From positions 179,805 through 243,804 of the forward strand of contig CP022928.1 in NCBI GenBank assembly GCA_002135175.2: 64,000 nucleotides of DNA, written 5' to 3'. Below the pieces are notes generated by a model that ran no database searches, was not told where the DNA came from, and saw only the letters and a list, made by a program, of their open reading frames with translations. How positions within the stretch are numbered: the stretch's first letter is position 1; each line of letters begins with the position of its first letter. Source of the DNA: Candidatus Spiroplasma holothuricola. Its GTDB lineage: Bacteria; Bacillota_I; Bacilli_A; Mycoplasmatales; MT37. Below are positions 34,792 through 45,947 of the stretch, piece by piece. The position numbers and the translations under genes were made by a program.

Positions 34792-35775
34792 GTGAAAAAA
34801 AATTTAATTACTGGAATCACAATTTCGGGTGATTTGACCTTAGCTAATTATTTGGTTGTTATTAAACAACTTAAAGAAATAGCCAAACAATATAACATTT
34901 TTTTGTTTATTGCTGATCTTCATGCAATTACAACTAAGCATAATCCTCAAGAACTCAAATCATTAAAACTAAAAACTGCTATTGAGTATATTGCTTGTGA
35001 TGTTCCCGGAAATATTTTTATTCAATCTGAAGTGAAAGGGCATACAGAGTTGGCTTTTGTTCTTGGTTGTCATACAAAAATTGGTGAACTCTCGAGAATG
35101 ACACAATTCAAAGATAAAAAACAAGCTCAAACAACGTCTTTTGGATTAATGAATTATCCTGTACTGATGGCGGCCGATATTTTGCTTTACAGAGCCGATG
35201 TCATTGTTGGACCCGATCAAAAACAACATTTGGAGTTAGCAAAAACTCTCGCTAAAAGATGCAACGATCAATTTGGAGAAATTTTTCATGTTCCTCAATT
35301 AGTTCAAACGTTGAGTACAAAATATCGAATTCGTAATTTACTTGAACCCACAAAAAAAATGAGTAAATCAACCAAAAATAAGAAAGGAATTATTTTTTTA
35401 TCCGAAACACCTGAACAAGTTAAATACAAGTTCAAAATTGCCGTTACTGATTCAGAAAACAAAATTGAATTTGATTTTGATTCCAAACCCGGAATTTCTA
35501 ATTTGATCTTAATATATTCACTTGTTAACAATCTTTCAATTTCCGATGCCACCAAAATACTTCAGACCAATTGTCCTAACTACTTAATTTTGAAAGAAGT
35601 AATTGCCAATTCCGTTAATCAAATGTTTGCTCCTATTCATTTGCAAATGAAAAAACTTAAAAAAGATTCCCAAGTGGTAACAAATATTCTCAAAAAAGGA
35701 AAACAAAATGCTCAAAAAGTAGCCAATCAACAATTAACAAAAATGAAATTATTAGGGTTTAATTTCAACGATTAA
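34792..35775 (+). CDS. trpS: tryptophanyl-tRNA synthetase
   Basis: An intact 327-aa ORF (GTG start). Motifs: GDLTLANY (the TIGN-type HIGH variant usual in TrpRS), GPDQKQHLEL, KMSKS. Confidence 0.95.
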   Translation: MKKNLITGITISGDLTLANYLVVIKQLKEIAKQYNIFLFIADLHAITTKHNPQELKSLKLKTAIEYIACDVPGNIFIQSEVKGHTELAFVLGCHTKIGELSRMTQFKDKKQAQTTSFGLMNYPVLMAADILLYRADVIVGPDQKQHLELAKTLAKRCNDQFGEIFHVPQLVQTLSTKYRIRNLLEPTKKMSKSTKNKKGIIFLSETPEQVKYKFKIAVTDSENKIEFDFDSKPGISNLILIYSLVNNLSISDATKILQTNCPNYLILKEVIANSVNQMFAPIHLQMKKLKKDSQVVTNILKKGKQNAQKVANQQLTKMKLLGFNFND

Positions 35776-38225
35776 ATAATTTTTCCCAAAACTTCACGAA
35801 TGTGATTTACCCCTGGGGCACTGACTACATTTTCATTTTCTAGTTTTTCACAAATTCGTGCTGAACGGTTATAACCAATTCCAAATTGTCGTTGTAGCTT
35901 AGAAATAGTGATCGTTTTTTGTTGTTTTACTCATACCTTGATTTCTTCATACATTTCGTCATTAAAATTAGCATTGACATTTCTTTGATTATTATTTATT
36001 TGTTCTTCATTTAAGTTTATAAATTCATCTCAATAATAGTTTTTCCAATTTTTGTTTTGTCAAAAATCAGTCATAATTTCAATTTCCGACTCGTTAACAT
36101 AAAATCCTTGAGCTCGAATTAAATTGTTTGTTTTTGGATCCAAATAAAGCAAATCGCCTCGACCCACTAAATTTTCTGCTCCTTTTTTATCCAAAATCGT
36201 TCGTGAGTCAAATTGATTTGTCACACTGAAAGCAATTCGTCCAGGAATGTTTGTTTTAATTAAGCCAGTAATAATATCATTTGATGGTCTTTGTGTTGCC
36301 ACAATCAAGTGAATGCCAACAGCTCGACCAATTTGGGTGATACGGACAATTTTGTCCTCAACTTCTTTGTGATAGACCAAAATTAAATCAGCCAGTTCAT
36401 CAATAACTACAACTAATTTTGGCATTCTATTTTGAGGATTAGCTCTATTAAAACTGTCGATATTTTTGAAACCATTATCTTCGAATTTTTTGTATCTTTT
36501 CTCAATTTCTTGCAAAACCTTGACAAACACTAGGGGAGTTAATTTAGTATTCGTAATTATTGGTCCTGCCAAATGAGGAATATTTTTGAAAACAGAAAGT
36601 TCTACTCTTTTCGGATCGATCAGTAGCAACTTTAGGTCAGTGGGAGTTTTTTGATAAATCATTGCCATAATGAGTGTGATTAAACAAACTGATTTGCCAC
36701 CACCTGTGCTTCCAGCAATCAACAAATGGGGGAGACCTTCCATCTCCAATAAACAAGTTTTCCCAAAAATATTTTTACCAATTGGTAATTTTATAGTGAT
36801 GCTATCATTTCTTAAATCTGTAATTGCCTCTCTTCACCCAACAATTGTTGAAAAGCTATTAGGAATTTCAATTCCCAAAGAATTTTTTCCAAGAATTGGT
36901 GTATCAATCCGCACATTTTTTTCCGCCAACCCCAGCTCAATTTCTTTTTTGATATCCAAAAGAGTGTTTACTTTTGTCCCTTTTTCCAGAACAAGTTCAT
37001 ATTTTGTAACATTTGGCCCTACATAGAAATTCACAATTTTTGCTTTTACTTTATGTTGAAACAAAATGTCTTCTAATTTCTTTTTCTTGTCTTCAGCACG
37101 TTTTAAATTAGCTTGTTCTTTTTCTTCATTTCCACTTTTAATATATGGTCATAACTCAATTGGAGGTAATTCTGTTGTTTCAGCAAAAGCTTTATCTTCG
37201 AAATTAGTATTTTTTCCATCTTTTTTATTTTCTTCATCTTCGTAATAAATTGGTTCATTAGCATCGGGAAGAATAGATAAATTCACTCCTATTTTTTCAT
37301 TTTTATCATGAACATTTATGTTTTCTTCTTCTGTGATTCATGATGTCTTTTGAATTTTTTCGTTTTTATTCTTATCAATGATCAATTGATGCAATTCTTG
37401 GCTGTTTGTAAGCTTTTTTGATTGTCTTTCATTATTTATTTCCTGATCAATAATTTTTTGTGATGTTGGTAATTCCATTGTAAAATCTTCATTTTTAATT
37501 TTGTACATTGTTCGGCTGATATGACGAAACCGCTGTTTTTGATTTAAATTGATTCAAATGATTCTTTTTTTTTTCTGATCACCAAAAAAATAAAAAAAAG
37601 GATAATTTGTAGAAATATAACTGCAAAGCAAAAAGATCGTAAAAATGATCAACAAAAAGGCACCAATAAAATAAAAATAACAACTTATACTGGCAATCAA
37701 AAATCCCAAAAAACCACCACCTTCATATTTATTGAAAAAAGGTTTATTTCATTTGAATAAATCTTCTCATTCAAAACTTTCAATCCCAAATATACTATTT
37801 TCTTTTCAGTTATTTAAGTATGGAATAAATTGTTTGTCAATTAGATAATTCGAATAGTTTAAGACATTATTATCTGACGATTTATTGGCAACAAGAATAA
37901 TTAAACCTGTTAAACCACAAATTCAAAGCAAAATTGAAAAAAATCAAAAAAAAGAAATGATCTTTTTTTTGGTTAAATAGTTTGTTTTGAAATTGATTTT
38001 TAATAGATAAGCAGTGATTCCAAAAAAAACTATCAAATAAACCAAATGACGTGCTCAACCAAAAACAAATCGAAACAAACAATCATCAAGAAATTGTCCA
38101 ATAATAGTAATTCTAAAAATAGCAATTATTCAAAATAAAACAAATATTCCTCAAATTATTTTTCTTTGGTTTTTGATGTCATTTTTTGGTGTTTTTTCGA
38201 TTATTTGTGAGTATGTTTTTTCCAT
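35772..38225 (-). CDS. ftsK: FtsK/SpoIIIE DNA translocase
   Basis: Minus-strand ORFs 36060-36749 and 36834-37064 plus flanks share one frame. I scanned 36750-38225 for TAA/TAG and found none. It has N-terminal TM helices, Walker A (GSTGGGKS), VVVIDELADL, ATQRPS, and a C-terminal gamma winged helix (SKLQRQFGIGYNRSARI). Start is ATG 38225. Confidence 0.9.
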
Positions 38226-38267
38226 TATATTTATTAGTGATATTTTAACTTTTGCTCTTTGAATTAT

Positions 38268-39206
38268 CTATTTATTTGAGCTATTTTGTATTTGAAAATA
38301 ACCAAGAAAGCCGATCATTGCTGCATTATCTGTACAGTATTCTTTTGTAGGCACAAGCAATTTTATTTTTAGATTTTGTTTTAATTGCTTTCTCAAAATT
38401 TGATTAGCAGCAACACCACCACCCACAATTACTGTTTTTGCTGAGTATTTTGCACAAGCTAATTCAATTTTTGAAACAAGAAGATCAACAATTGTTTTTT
38501 GAAGAGAATAAGCAAAATCATGAATGTTCTGTTCATTTTTTTCGATTTTATTTCAAGTCTGTAAGGCATGAGTTTTTAAACCAGAAAAAGAAAAGTCAAG
38601 ATTTTTTTTGTTCTTATAGACATTTAATTTGTATTTTGATTTTCCTTTTTGAGCAAGTTTTTCAATTTTTGCTCCACAGGGATAACCAAGACCCATTTTT
38701 CTCCCAATCTTATCTAAAACTTCACCAGCGGCATCATCCATGGTTTCTCCCAAAACTTCAAAACTAAGATTTTTCTTCATGTAATACAGTTGGGTATGAC
38801 CACCACTAACCACTAGCCCAATTGCTGGTCATTCAATTTTTTCGTCATACTGTGCAATATAAAGATGTGCATGCAAATGATTAATTGGAATTAATTTTGC
38901 TTGAAAAAACAAAGCTAAAGTTTCAGCAAAACCTCGACCAACGTGAAGACAACCAATTAATCCAGGTTTGCTGGTGTAAGCAATATATTTAATTTTTTTC
39001 ATAATATCGGGATATTCATCAATAATTTCGTTCAACAAAATTGGCAGATTTTGGCTATGAAGTTCACTGGCAATGTTGGGGACAACTCCTCCGTATTTTT
39101 GAAAATATTTGATTTGTGTTCAAGTTCAACATTTAATAATTTTGTTATCTTTCATTAAAGCAACACTTGTTTCGTCACAACTTGTTTCAATTCCCAGTAT
39201 ATACAT
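38268..39206 (-). CDS. tsaD: tRNA N6-threonylcarbamoyladenosine synthase TsaD (Kae1/Gcp family)
   Basis: ORFs 38553-38813 and 38829-39038 plus flanks are in one frame. Motifs: ILGIETSCDETS, KPGLIGCLHVG, INHLHAH, VSGGHTQ, DDAAGEVLDK, GGGVAAN. Confidence 0.92.
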
Positions 39207-39280
39207 TGTTTTGTTTTCGATTTTTTTAATTCAAATGTTTTTCAAAATAAACTGAGCCGCGAAATGTTAAAATCATAGCT

Positions 39281-39427
39281 ATGATTACAAAAGTTTTTTT
39301 ACGAGAAAGCGAAACTACTCTTTCGTTGATCAAGAGATTTAATCGTATGAGCAATTCGAAAAAAAAAATGTGCAGAGCAAAAAAATACTTTATCAAACCA
39401 TCAAAACGCTCAAAATTTCAAAAGTAA
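39281..39427 (+). CDS. rpsU: ribosomal protein S21
   Basis: A 48-aa ORF not in the track: MITKVFLRESETTLSLIKRFNRM...KKYFIKPSKRSKFQK. Confidence 0.8.
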   Translation: MITKVFLRESETTLSLIKRFNRMSNSKKKMCRAKKYFIKPSKRSKFQK

Positions 39428-39430
39428 TTT

Positions 39431-39856
39431 TTATTCTGTCAATTTTTCATAAATATTTTTAAGTTTAGAAGTTGAGGATGGGTTGCTTTTTAAAGTTGTA
39501 ATCAAACCAAAGTTTTTTTCATATTTAGGAATCAAATGTAGATGGTAATGGTTGATTGCTTGACCGGCAATTGAATTAAAGTTGTTGAGAAAATTTAGAC
39601 CTTTGGGTGAAAATTTCGTCATGATCAACCCAGCCATTATTTTTTGTGCTTTTGCAACGGCAATCAAATAATTTTCAGGCAATTCTAAAATGTTAGGAGC
39701 ACAATATTTAGGAATGATCAATAGGTGACCATCACTTGCCGGAAAAATATCAAGTAAAACAATCACATAATCATTTTCAAAAATAACATTGTTTCGATTT
39801 TTTTTAGAAATAATTTCACAAAAAATGCATTTGTCAATATTTATATTTTTTTTCAT
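39431..39856 (-). CDS. HIT-family (histidine triad) nucleotide hydrolase
   Basis: An intact 141-aa ORF: CIFCEI, DGHLLIIPK, and the triad HYHLHLIP. Confidence 0.9.
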   Translation of the reverse strand: MKKNINIDKCIFCEIISKKNRNNVIFENDYVIVLLDIFPASDGHLLIIPKYCAPNILELPENYLIAVAKAQKIMAGLIMTKFSPKGLNFLNNFNSIAGQAINHYHLHLIPKYEKNFGLITTLKSNPSSTSKLKNIYEKLTE

Positions 39857-39994
39857 TATCTTTTTGCTATTTTATTAACTATATTAATAGTATTGAAAAT
39901 ATAAATATACAAATAAATTTAAATGTATAAATATGTGAGTTCTGTCTTTTGAAGACTATCTTAAAGATTTCAATCTATTTATTATTTTAAGGCT

Positions 39995-42919
39995 ATGTTT
40001 TTCAGAAATTATTTTCTCTTTTTTAAATCAGAATTTTGAGTAGCTAAAAAATACACATTCAAACTCTTTTCATTTTTGGCTGCCGTCTTCTTGTTTGTTT
40101 GTATTTTTTCTCCAATTTTAAAAAACAATATTGCCAATTATTCTTGAGAACAAAAATTAATTAATAAATCAGGCAAATATGATTATCGAATCGAACTGCC
40201 TGATCATAGAACTTGAAGCAAAATTCGAGACCATCAGACTCAAAAACATGATAGCTTCAAAGATTCAATCAATTATTTTTTCAAAACAAATCCTGTTGAA
40301 AACGAAGCCGGTAATTGAGATTTTCTTTTTACATCTTCTGTCTATTTTAATGATATTGAAAAAGGATTTTTTTACAAAATCTTGACTGTTCCTCTAAAAG
40401 AAAAAAATTTAAATAAAGTTGTTAATATTCTTAATCAAAATTCAGACAAAAATCTGGGTACAGATTTAATAATTGGCCAAGCCATTGTCAGTAATGGTTT
40501 TTTGCGGGCAAATGATCAGTATTTTGTTGGTGGAGATATTACAATTTTTGACGAAAAATTAAAAATCATTGCTGCCGGTGAAAACTTAAGTAGCCATAGT
40601 TTTGAATCAGTGGATTTAGGAAATATCATTTTGAGCTCAAAATTTAAAGCAGTTCCTTATCAAAAAGGAGCATTTGTTCATGTTTCGGAAACTCAATTTA
40701 AAAATTGAAGAACAGCTAAAAAGTTTTTTGATAATAAGAATTTTTTGTTTATTCGAGAAAAACAAAATCTTATCCGGTCTGCTGATCCGAATAAACTATT
40801 TTCTGAATTAAGAGATTACATAAATCAACCAATTAAAAATGTTGCTTTTGGAAATGAATTGAGTTCCGGATTCAAAATGCGTCTGACTCGTATAAATTTA
40901 ATTTCTTCTCTTGTTATTTTTGTTTTTGTAGCTTTAATCATTATTTTTATTTTTGTTTTCTTTAGTCAAAGTGAGATTAAATATAAAAAAAATATTTATC
41001 GCCATTTGTTCGCCAATGGTGTTAGTTTGAAAAATATTTGTTTAATTCAGGGCATCAGAAATTTTATTTTTTTTGCCATATTTTTCACTTGTGCTTATTT
41101 TTTGGGAATATTAGTTGGTTATCAATGAATTTTACAAAATTGATTGAACTCCGCTAACAAAGTCATTGATCCACAATATTTTTCAACTTTTTCCATAATA
41201 GCAACAGCCATTATCGTGCCTTTGTTCTACTCCATAATCATTTATTTTTATGTCTATCGTTTTGCTGTGAATCAAATGTTATTATCTAAAAATCAAATTG
41301 ATTCGAGTATTTTTATTGATAAAAGATCAAAATTAGTGACATTTTTGTTTTTTAATTGATTGGCTATTCGTTTTCAAAGATCAAGAAAATACATTATTAC
41401 ATTTTGATCATTTAAAAGGCCATCTAAACAAATTTTTTTCATTTTTATCGAAATTAGCATTATGATTGTAATTTTCTTTTCTGTTTTTGTTAAGGTTTCC
41501 TTTAATAACTATATTGGTTCATCAATAAAATTTTTAAGTTCAAGTGCACAAAGTGTGACAGAAATAAAAAATTCATTATCTCTCACAGAAGATGGGAAAC
41601 AATTGCAAAGTCTAATTATGTTCGTCACAACAAAAAAGACTGACAATTTTGCAGAAATTACGGATCGGACTGATTTAACTACAAAAATTATTGGAGGAAT
41701 TCTTGGGAGCAGGAATTTTGTTCAAACACAAACAAATAGAAATTTCAAAATAACAAAAAACATAAAGATACCAGAAATTAAACGTTACATGGAAGAATTC
41801 GATTTGAATGAAATTTATTTTGGAGTTGCCCCTTATGATAAAGAGTTAGACCTTCCAGCAACCAACTTAAATTTTGAATATCCAAATTTACAAAAAAAAG
41901 GTTTTTTGAAAACAGCATTTGCTAAAAATGATGACACAATTGCTCCCCCATTGAATACGTCAAGAATTTTGTTTATTGATGATTTATTCATGCCTGGAAA
42001 AATCACAAAATTTTTATCAATTGAAAATAATTTTGTTGAAAGACTTTCCGATCAAATGAAAAATTTTCAAATTGAGAATGGAGATGTTTATGTCACTGAG
42101 CAATTTGTAACATCATATGGTTATAAATTAGGAGATAAAATTTCCGGAAATTTAAAATTGGATCAAAAAAAAATAAAAAATGAAAAAGAATTTCGAATTG
42201 TTGGAGTGATTAACTCGAAAATTTACATTAATCCTTTGATGTTTGCTGATTACAAATATATTAAAAATAACTTAGTAAGTGATAGTGCTGCAACATACTA
42301 CAACATCATTATTAGTACATCTCATTTGAGGCATTTCAATCGTTTTTTGGTGATTGATTTATATGAAACAACAAAAAGACTTAAAAACTTGTCATTATCT
42401 GATTTTGATGGTAATTTTGTAACCAAATTAGTTCGTTATCTCAGTATTGCCAATGTAAAATCTCTATTTTTACACAAAGTTGATGATATTTTTGTTTTTC
42501 ATTTTGGTAATTATCAAAATTCATTGACATATTTAATGTTTCTTTTGATCTTTATTCTTGCTGTTTCTATTTTTATTTCTGCCTACTTTTTATTTGAAAG
42601 TGAAAAAATTCCTTTCAACAACTTGAGAGTTTTGGGTTACCACTGGCATGAGTTGATTAAAGTCATCATTGTTTTTGGAATGATTAGGTTGTTCTATGTT
42701 ATTCTGATTGCTCTGGGAGTGAATTTTCTTTTGTTCGGTTTTGTCAATTACTGAATAAAAGACTTTTCATCAGTATCATTAAATATCGACAATATTCACC
42801 AATCGTTAATTTATTTGGTTCTTAGTTATGTGATTTTAATTTTGTTCATTTTGTTTGTTCAATGAATAGTCTTGAAAAAACAAAAATTATTTACTTACAA
42901 AATGAATAAAGATTATTAA
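39995..42919 (+). CDS. large membrane protein with two FtsX-like permease domains (MacB-type ABC permease family)
   Basis: ATG 39995 is in frame 2 with ORFs 40382-40708, 40745-41128, 41144-41359 and 41462-42754, and I checked the gaps. The topology is TM, large soluble domain, TM cluster, large soluble domain, TM cluster. FtsX-like segments: LFANGVSLKNICLIQGIRNF and LRVLGYHWHELIKVIIVFG. Confidence 0.65.
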
Positions 42920-42965
42920 AAATGAAAATTTAACATTTTGGTTTTAGATAAAATATTTTAGTTGT

Positions 42966-43041
42966 AGAGCGTTAGTTCAGTTGGGAGAATACCTGCCTTA
43001 CAAGCAGAAGGTCGCCGGTTCGAGCCCGGCACGCTCTACCA
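42966..43041 (+). tRNA. tRNA-Val (anticodon TAC)
   Basis: Acceptor AGAGCGT/ACGCTCT, anticodon loop CTTACAA, T arm GCCGG-TTCGAGC-CCGGC, discriminator A, CCA. Confidence 0.88.
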
Positions 43042-43046
43042 TGTTT

Positions 43047-43124
43047 GCTGACTTAGCTCAGTTTGGTCAGAGCACCCGCCTTGTAAGCGGTAGGTCGTAG
43101 GTTCGATTCCTATAGTCAGCACCA
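43047..43124 (+). tRNA. tRNA-Thr (anticodon TGT)
   Basis: Acceptor GCTGACT/AGTCAGC, anticodon loop CTTGTAA, T-loop TTCGATT, CCA. Confidence 0.88.
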
Positions 43125-43125
43125 C

Positions 43126-43210
43126 GGAAGTGTAGCGAAGTGGTTAAACGCAGCTGACTGTAAATCAGCTCTCTCTGAGTACGGGGGTTCAAATCCCTCC
43201 ACTTCCACCA
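43126..43210 (+). tRNA. tRNA-Tyr (anticodon GTA)
   Basis: Acceptor GGAAGTG/CACTTCC, anticodon stem GCTGA/TCAGC with loop CTGTAAA, a long variable arm, CCA. Confidence 0.88.
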
Positions 43211-43222
43211 TAATTTTTTATT

Positions 43223-43297
43223 TGGGGCATAGCCAAGTGGAAAGGCAGAGGGTTTTGGTCCCTCCATGCGGTAGTTCGAATCTATCTGCCCCAGCCA
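43223..43297 (+). tRNA. tRNA-Gln (anticodon TTG)
   Basis: Acceptor TGGGGCA/TGCCCCA (the U1-A72 pair typical of bacterial tRNA-Gln), anticodon stem GAGGG/CCCTC with loop TTTTGGT, CCA. Confidence 0.85.
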
Positions 43298-43358
43298 TTG
43301 TTTTTATAAAATTGTTTATTTTTTTGAAATATTATTTAAACTATTAAGCATAGCAAGA

Positions 43359-43997
43359 ATGAAGAATAAAATGTCAAATTTTCTTATCATGTGATTTAGT
43401 AAAAATAAGATCTCAAACCCTTTTTTGAAACTTTTCAATAAAAATAAGAGATCAAGTTCTTCAGAATTTATGTTTTTGTTAATGAAAATTAATCCTGGTT
43501 TATTTACAAACGAGGAGCCTGTTCCTGGTTACAAAAGAGTAAGCAAAGGAATGTTTTATGTTAATCAATTTTTGTTTTTAGCACAGACATTGACTTTTAT
43601 GAAAACAAAAACTTTGATGTTTTCTGATGATTTTTTTGTTTGTGATCTTGGCATTTTTTCAGCAAAATCTTTTGAAGAATGAAAGAAAGTACTTGCTAAA
43701 TTTGAGTACTATAATGATGTTTTGGAACCTCATGAAATTGTTAGCAAAAATAAATATGCCTTGAAAATGGCTTACTTTTTAATTGATTATTTTGAAGATG
43801 CCACTATTGATGAACTTCTTTGAATTACAAAATTGAACATGGATTGAAAAAAACATTCACATGAAAACAAATCAATTAATTTAAAAGAAGAATTTAATTT
43901 AAAAAACATTCACAGTCTCAAAGTTTTCGAACCCGATCCTTCCACAATGAAATTTTTTACTCATATTATTAGTGAGTGAAAGAAATTTAAAATTTAA
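43359..43997 (+). CDS. hypothetical protein (orphan cassette, gene 1)
   Basis: ATG 43359 is in frame 0 with ORF 43425-43682 and continues through five TGA to TAA 43995-43997 (212 aa). No motif recognised. Confidence 0.45.
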
Positions 43998-44004
43998 ATA
44001 AATA

Positions 44005-44598
44005 ATGAATCAGCTTAAACCGAGTTCAATCGTTGAAAAAGGAGATATCATTCTTTTACCAATTATTTATCGAGAAAATTTTCAGCTTGATATTGGTTTT
44101 TATTACAAAAATACTGTCAAAAATTTGCATTATTGTTACGTTTTAGACGAACAAGAAGAAAACGGCAAAAAAGTGTTTACTGTTGTTCCTTTCAATTCAA
44201 CACGAGAAAAATATCGACAACGAAGAAAAATGGTAACAGAAAGCAAAATAATGAATGATGAAAAAGATGCTATTCAAAAAATTTCTTATAAGTTTGGTGA
44301 ATTAGAAAATGGAATTTATTACATCGAAACTGATAAATTACCGTATCTAACAGCACCAATTACTCATGATAGTCATCTAGATTTTGGTTGAAGACTGAGA
44401 ATTGTTAATTATTCTGGTCTATCATTTTTTGTATACAAAAAAAAATATTACCCTGAATTATTTGTTGAAATATCAGAAATTTTGAAGAATCATTCAATAA
44501 ACTATGAATTTGGAATGATTTTGTCTTCAACGATGAATGTTCTTTTTGATTTACATTTAGTTAATTCTCTAAAAAGTTCACGACAACGAAGAATATAA
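44005..44598 (+). CDS. hypothetical protein (orphan cassette, gene 2)
   Basis: ORF 44005-44391 extends through one TGA to TAA 44596-44598 (197 aa). No motif recognised. Confidence 0.5.
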
Positions 44599-44660
44599 TT
44601 TTTTTTTGTCTTCATAATTTTAGATATCTTATAATTAAACTAAGAACATTTATCTAATAT

Positions 44661-44735
44661 GTCCTGTTAGCTCAGTGGTAGAGCACCGGGCTTTTAACCC
44701 GGGTGTCGAAGGTTCGAACCCTTTACAGGACACCA
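44661..44735 (+). tRNA. tRNA-Lys (anticodon TTT)
   Basis: Acceptor GTCCTGT/ACAGGAC, anticodon stem CCGGG/CCCGG with loop CTTTTAA, CCA. Confidence 0.9.
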
Positions 44736-44736
44736 T

Positions 44737-44823
44737 GCCTGGGTGGTGGAATGGTAGACACAACAGATTTAAGATCTGTCGAACTTTATGTTTGTGCCGG
44801 TTCGAGTCCGGTTCTGGGCACCA
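44737..44823 (+). tRNA. tRNA-Leu (anticodon TAA)
   Basis: Anticodon stem ACAGA/TCTGT with loop TTTAAGA, a long variable arm, T-loop TTCGAGT, CCA. It starts 1 nt after tRNA-Lys. Confidence 0.85.
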
Positions 44824-44852
44824 TTAACTCAAAACTATTTTTAAAAAATTTC

Positions 44853-45173
44853 CTAATCAACCAGTTTCTCGAATTCAATTGATTGAGGATATTGTTTTTG
44901 AATGGTTTTTAATTGAACAAAGATTACAAATAACAAGTTTGTCAAAAAATCATTTTGATGAATCTGTTTGATATGTCCGTACCCATCCATTTGTTTGTAT
45001 TCAACTGTTTTTGAATCAATTTTTTTTGTAACAATTGCATTGATTGCTCCAAGAATCACTGTTGAAACAGCAAGACAAACAGGATCTGGATTTGTTTCGA
45101 ATTGAGAATGCCCACTGACATAGATGGCCTGAAGCCGAGTTTTTTCAATTCAAATTGTTTTAATATTAATCAT
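44853..45173 (-). CDS. prp: ribosomal-processing cysteine protease Prp (DUF464/YsxB family)
   Basis: A 106-aa minus-strand ORF that extends track ORF 44853-45059 upstream through one TGA to ATG 45173. It has the His/Cys dyad context VSGHSQFETNPDPVCLAVST typical of Prp. L27 in this window carries a cleavable-looking propeptide. Confidence 0.65.
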
Positions 45174-45947
45174 TTAAGAATATGGTTGTTTGATTGAACC
45201 ATGAAAATAGCAAATAATTTCTAGTTCAACATTTTTTGTCAATAGAAATTTATTTAAGTGAATTGGAAACAAATTGGTAAAAATTTCTTCACTGTGATGG
45301 CCCAACTCAATTGTCATCAATTCTTTTTCTGAAATTTGAATTAAATTTGATCATTTCAGTTCACCACAGATAAAAAGATCGATATTTTGATTACAAACGT
45401 TTTCAATTAAAAATCCGGAAGCCCCTGGTGCAATACCGATGGTTTTGACCATTTGTTTTTTGTTTCCAAAATAGTGAAAATTATTCGTTTTGAGTTTCTT
45501 TGAAACAATTTTTAAGATTTCTTCAAAAGTAAGTTGATCATTGAGTTCAAAACTTGTTAAAAGTTTCGTTTCATTATTTACTTTTTTTGGTGAAAAAAGG
45601 AAATCAGCAAGATCTTGCTTGAGGTACATATCATCATAATTTGTGTGTAATGAGATTAACCCAATTTGATTTTTTCGTAATAAGTAATATTTCAGTTTCT
45701 TTTCAGGATTTCTTCTTGCCTTAATTGGTCCTCCTCACAAAAAAGGATGGTGTGTAATGATTAAATCAATTTTTTCATCAATTGCTTTTTGAATGACTGG
45801 GCTGGTGCAGTCAAGTGTGATCAGAATTTTTTTGATCATTTTTTCATTATTCATTGGTACCTGAACACCAGAATAATCGTCTTTTAAACAATTGTTTTTT
45901 GGACAAAAAAGTTCTAATATTTTTTTGATTTCACCAAAACTAATCAT
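45174..45947 (-). CDS. NIF3-family dinuclear metal-centre protein (YqfO/YbgI-like)
   Basis: ORFs 45351-45629 and 45735-45947 plus a tail are in one frame. Stop TAA 45174-45176 abuts the prp ATG. Motifs: DLIITHHPFL, SLHTNYD, GHHSEE. Confidence 0.8.

Noticed and set aside
36670-37026. A 118-aa plus-strand ORF. Similar cases are 38438-38767 (+), 2947-3183 (-), 12802-13101 (-), 17254-17514 (-), 17633-17941 (-), 20097-20327 (-), 21147-21347 (-), 25390-25617 (-), 35304-35555 (-), 55742-56008 (+) and 60087-60293 (+).
   Set aside because: Each one is antisense to, or out of frame within, a confidently identified conserved gene (ftsK, tsaD, aspS, gatA, rplX, rplE, rpsE, secY, rpoA, trpS, rpoD, the BMP protein). 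None has a recognisable motif.
43067-43267. A 66-aa minus-strand ORF in the track.
   Set aside because: It lies entirely antisense to the tRNA-Thr, tRNA-Tyr and tRNA-Gln genes. Its higher GC content simply reflects the tRNA sequence.
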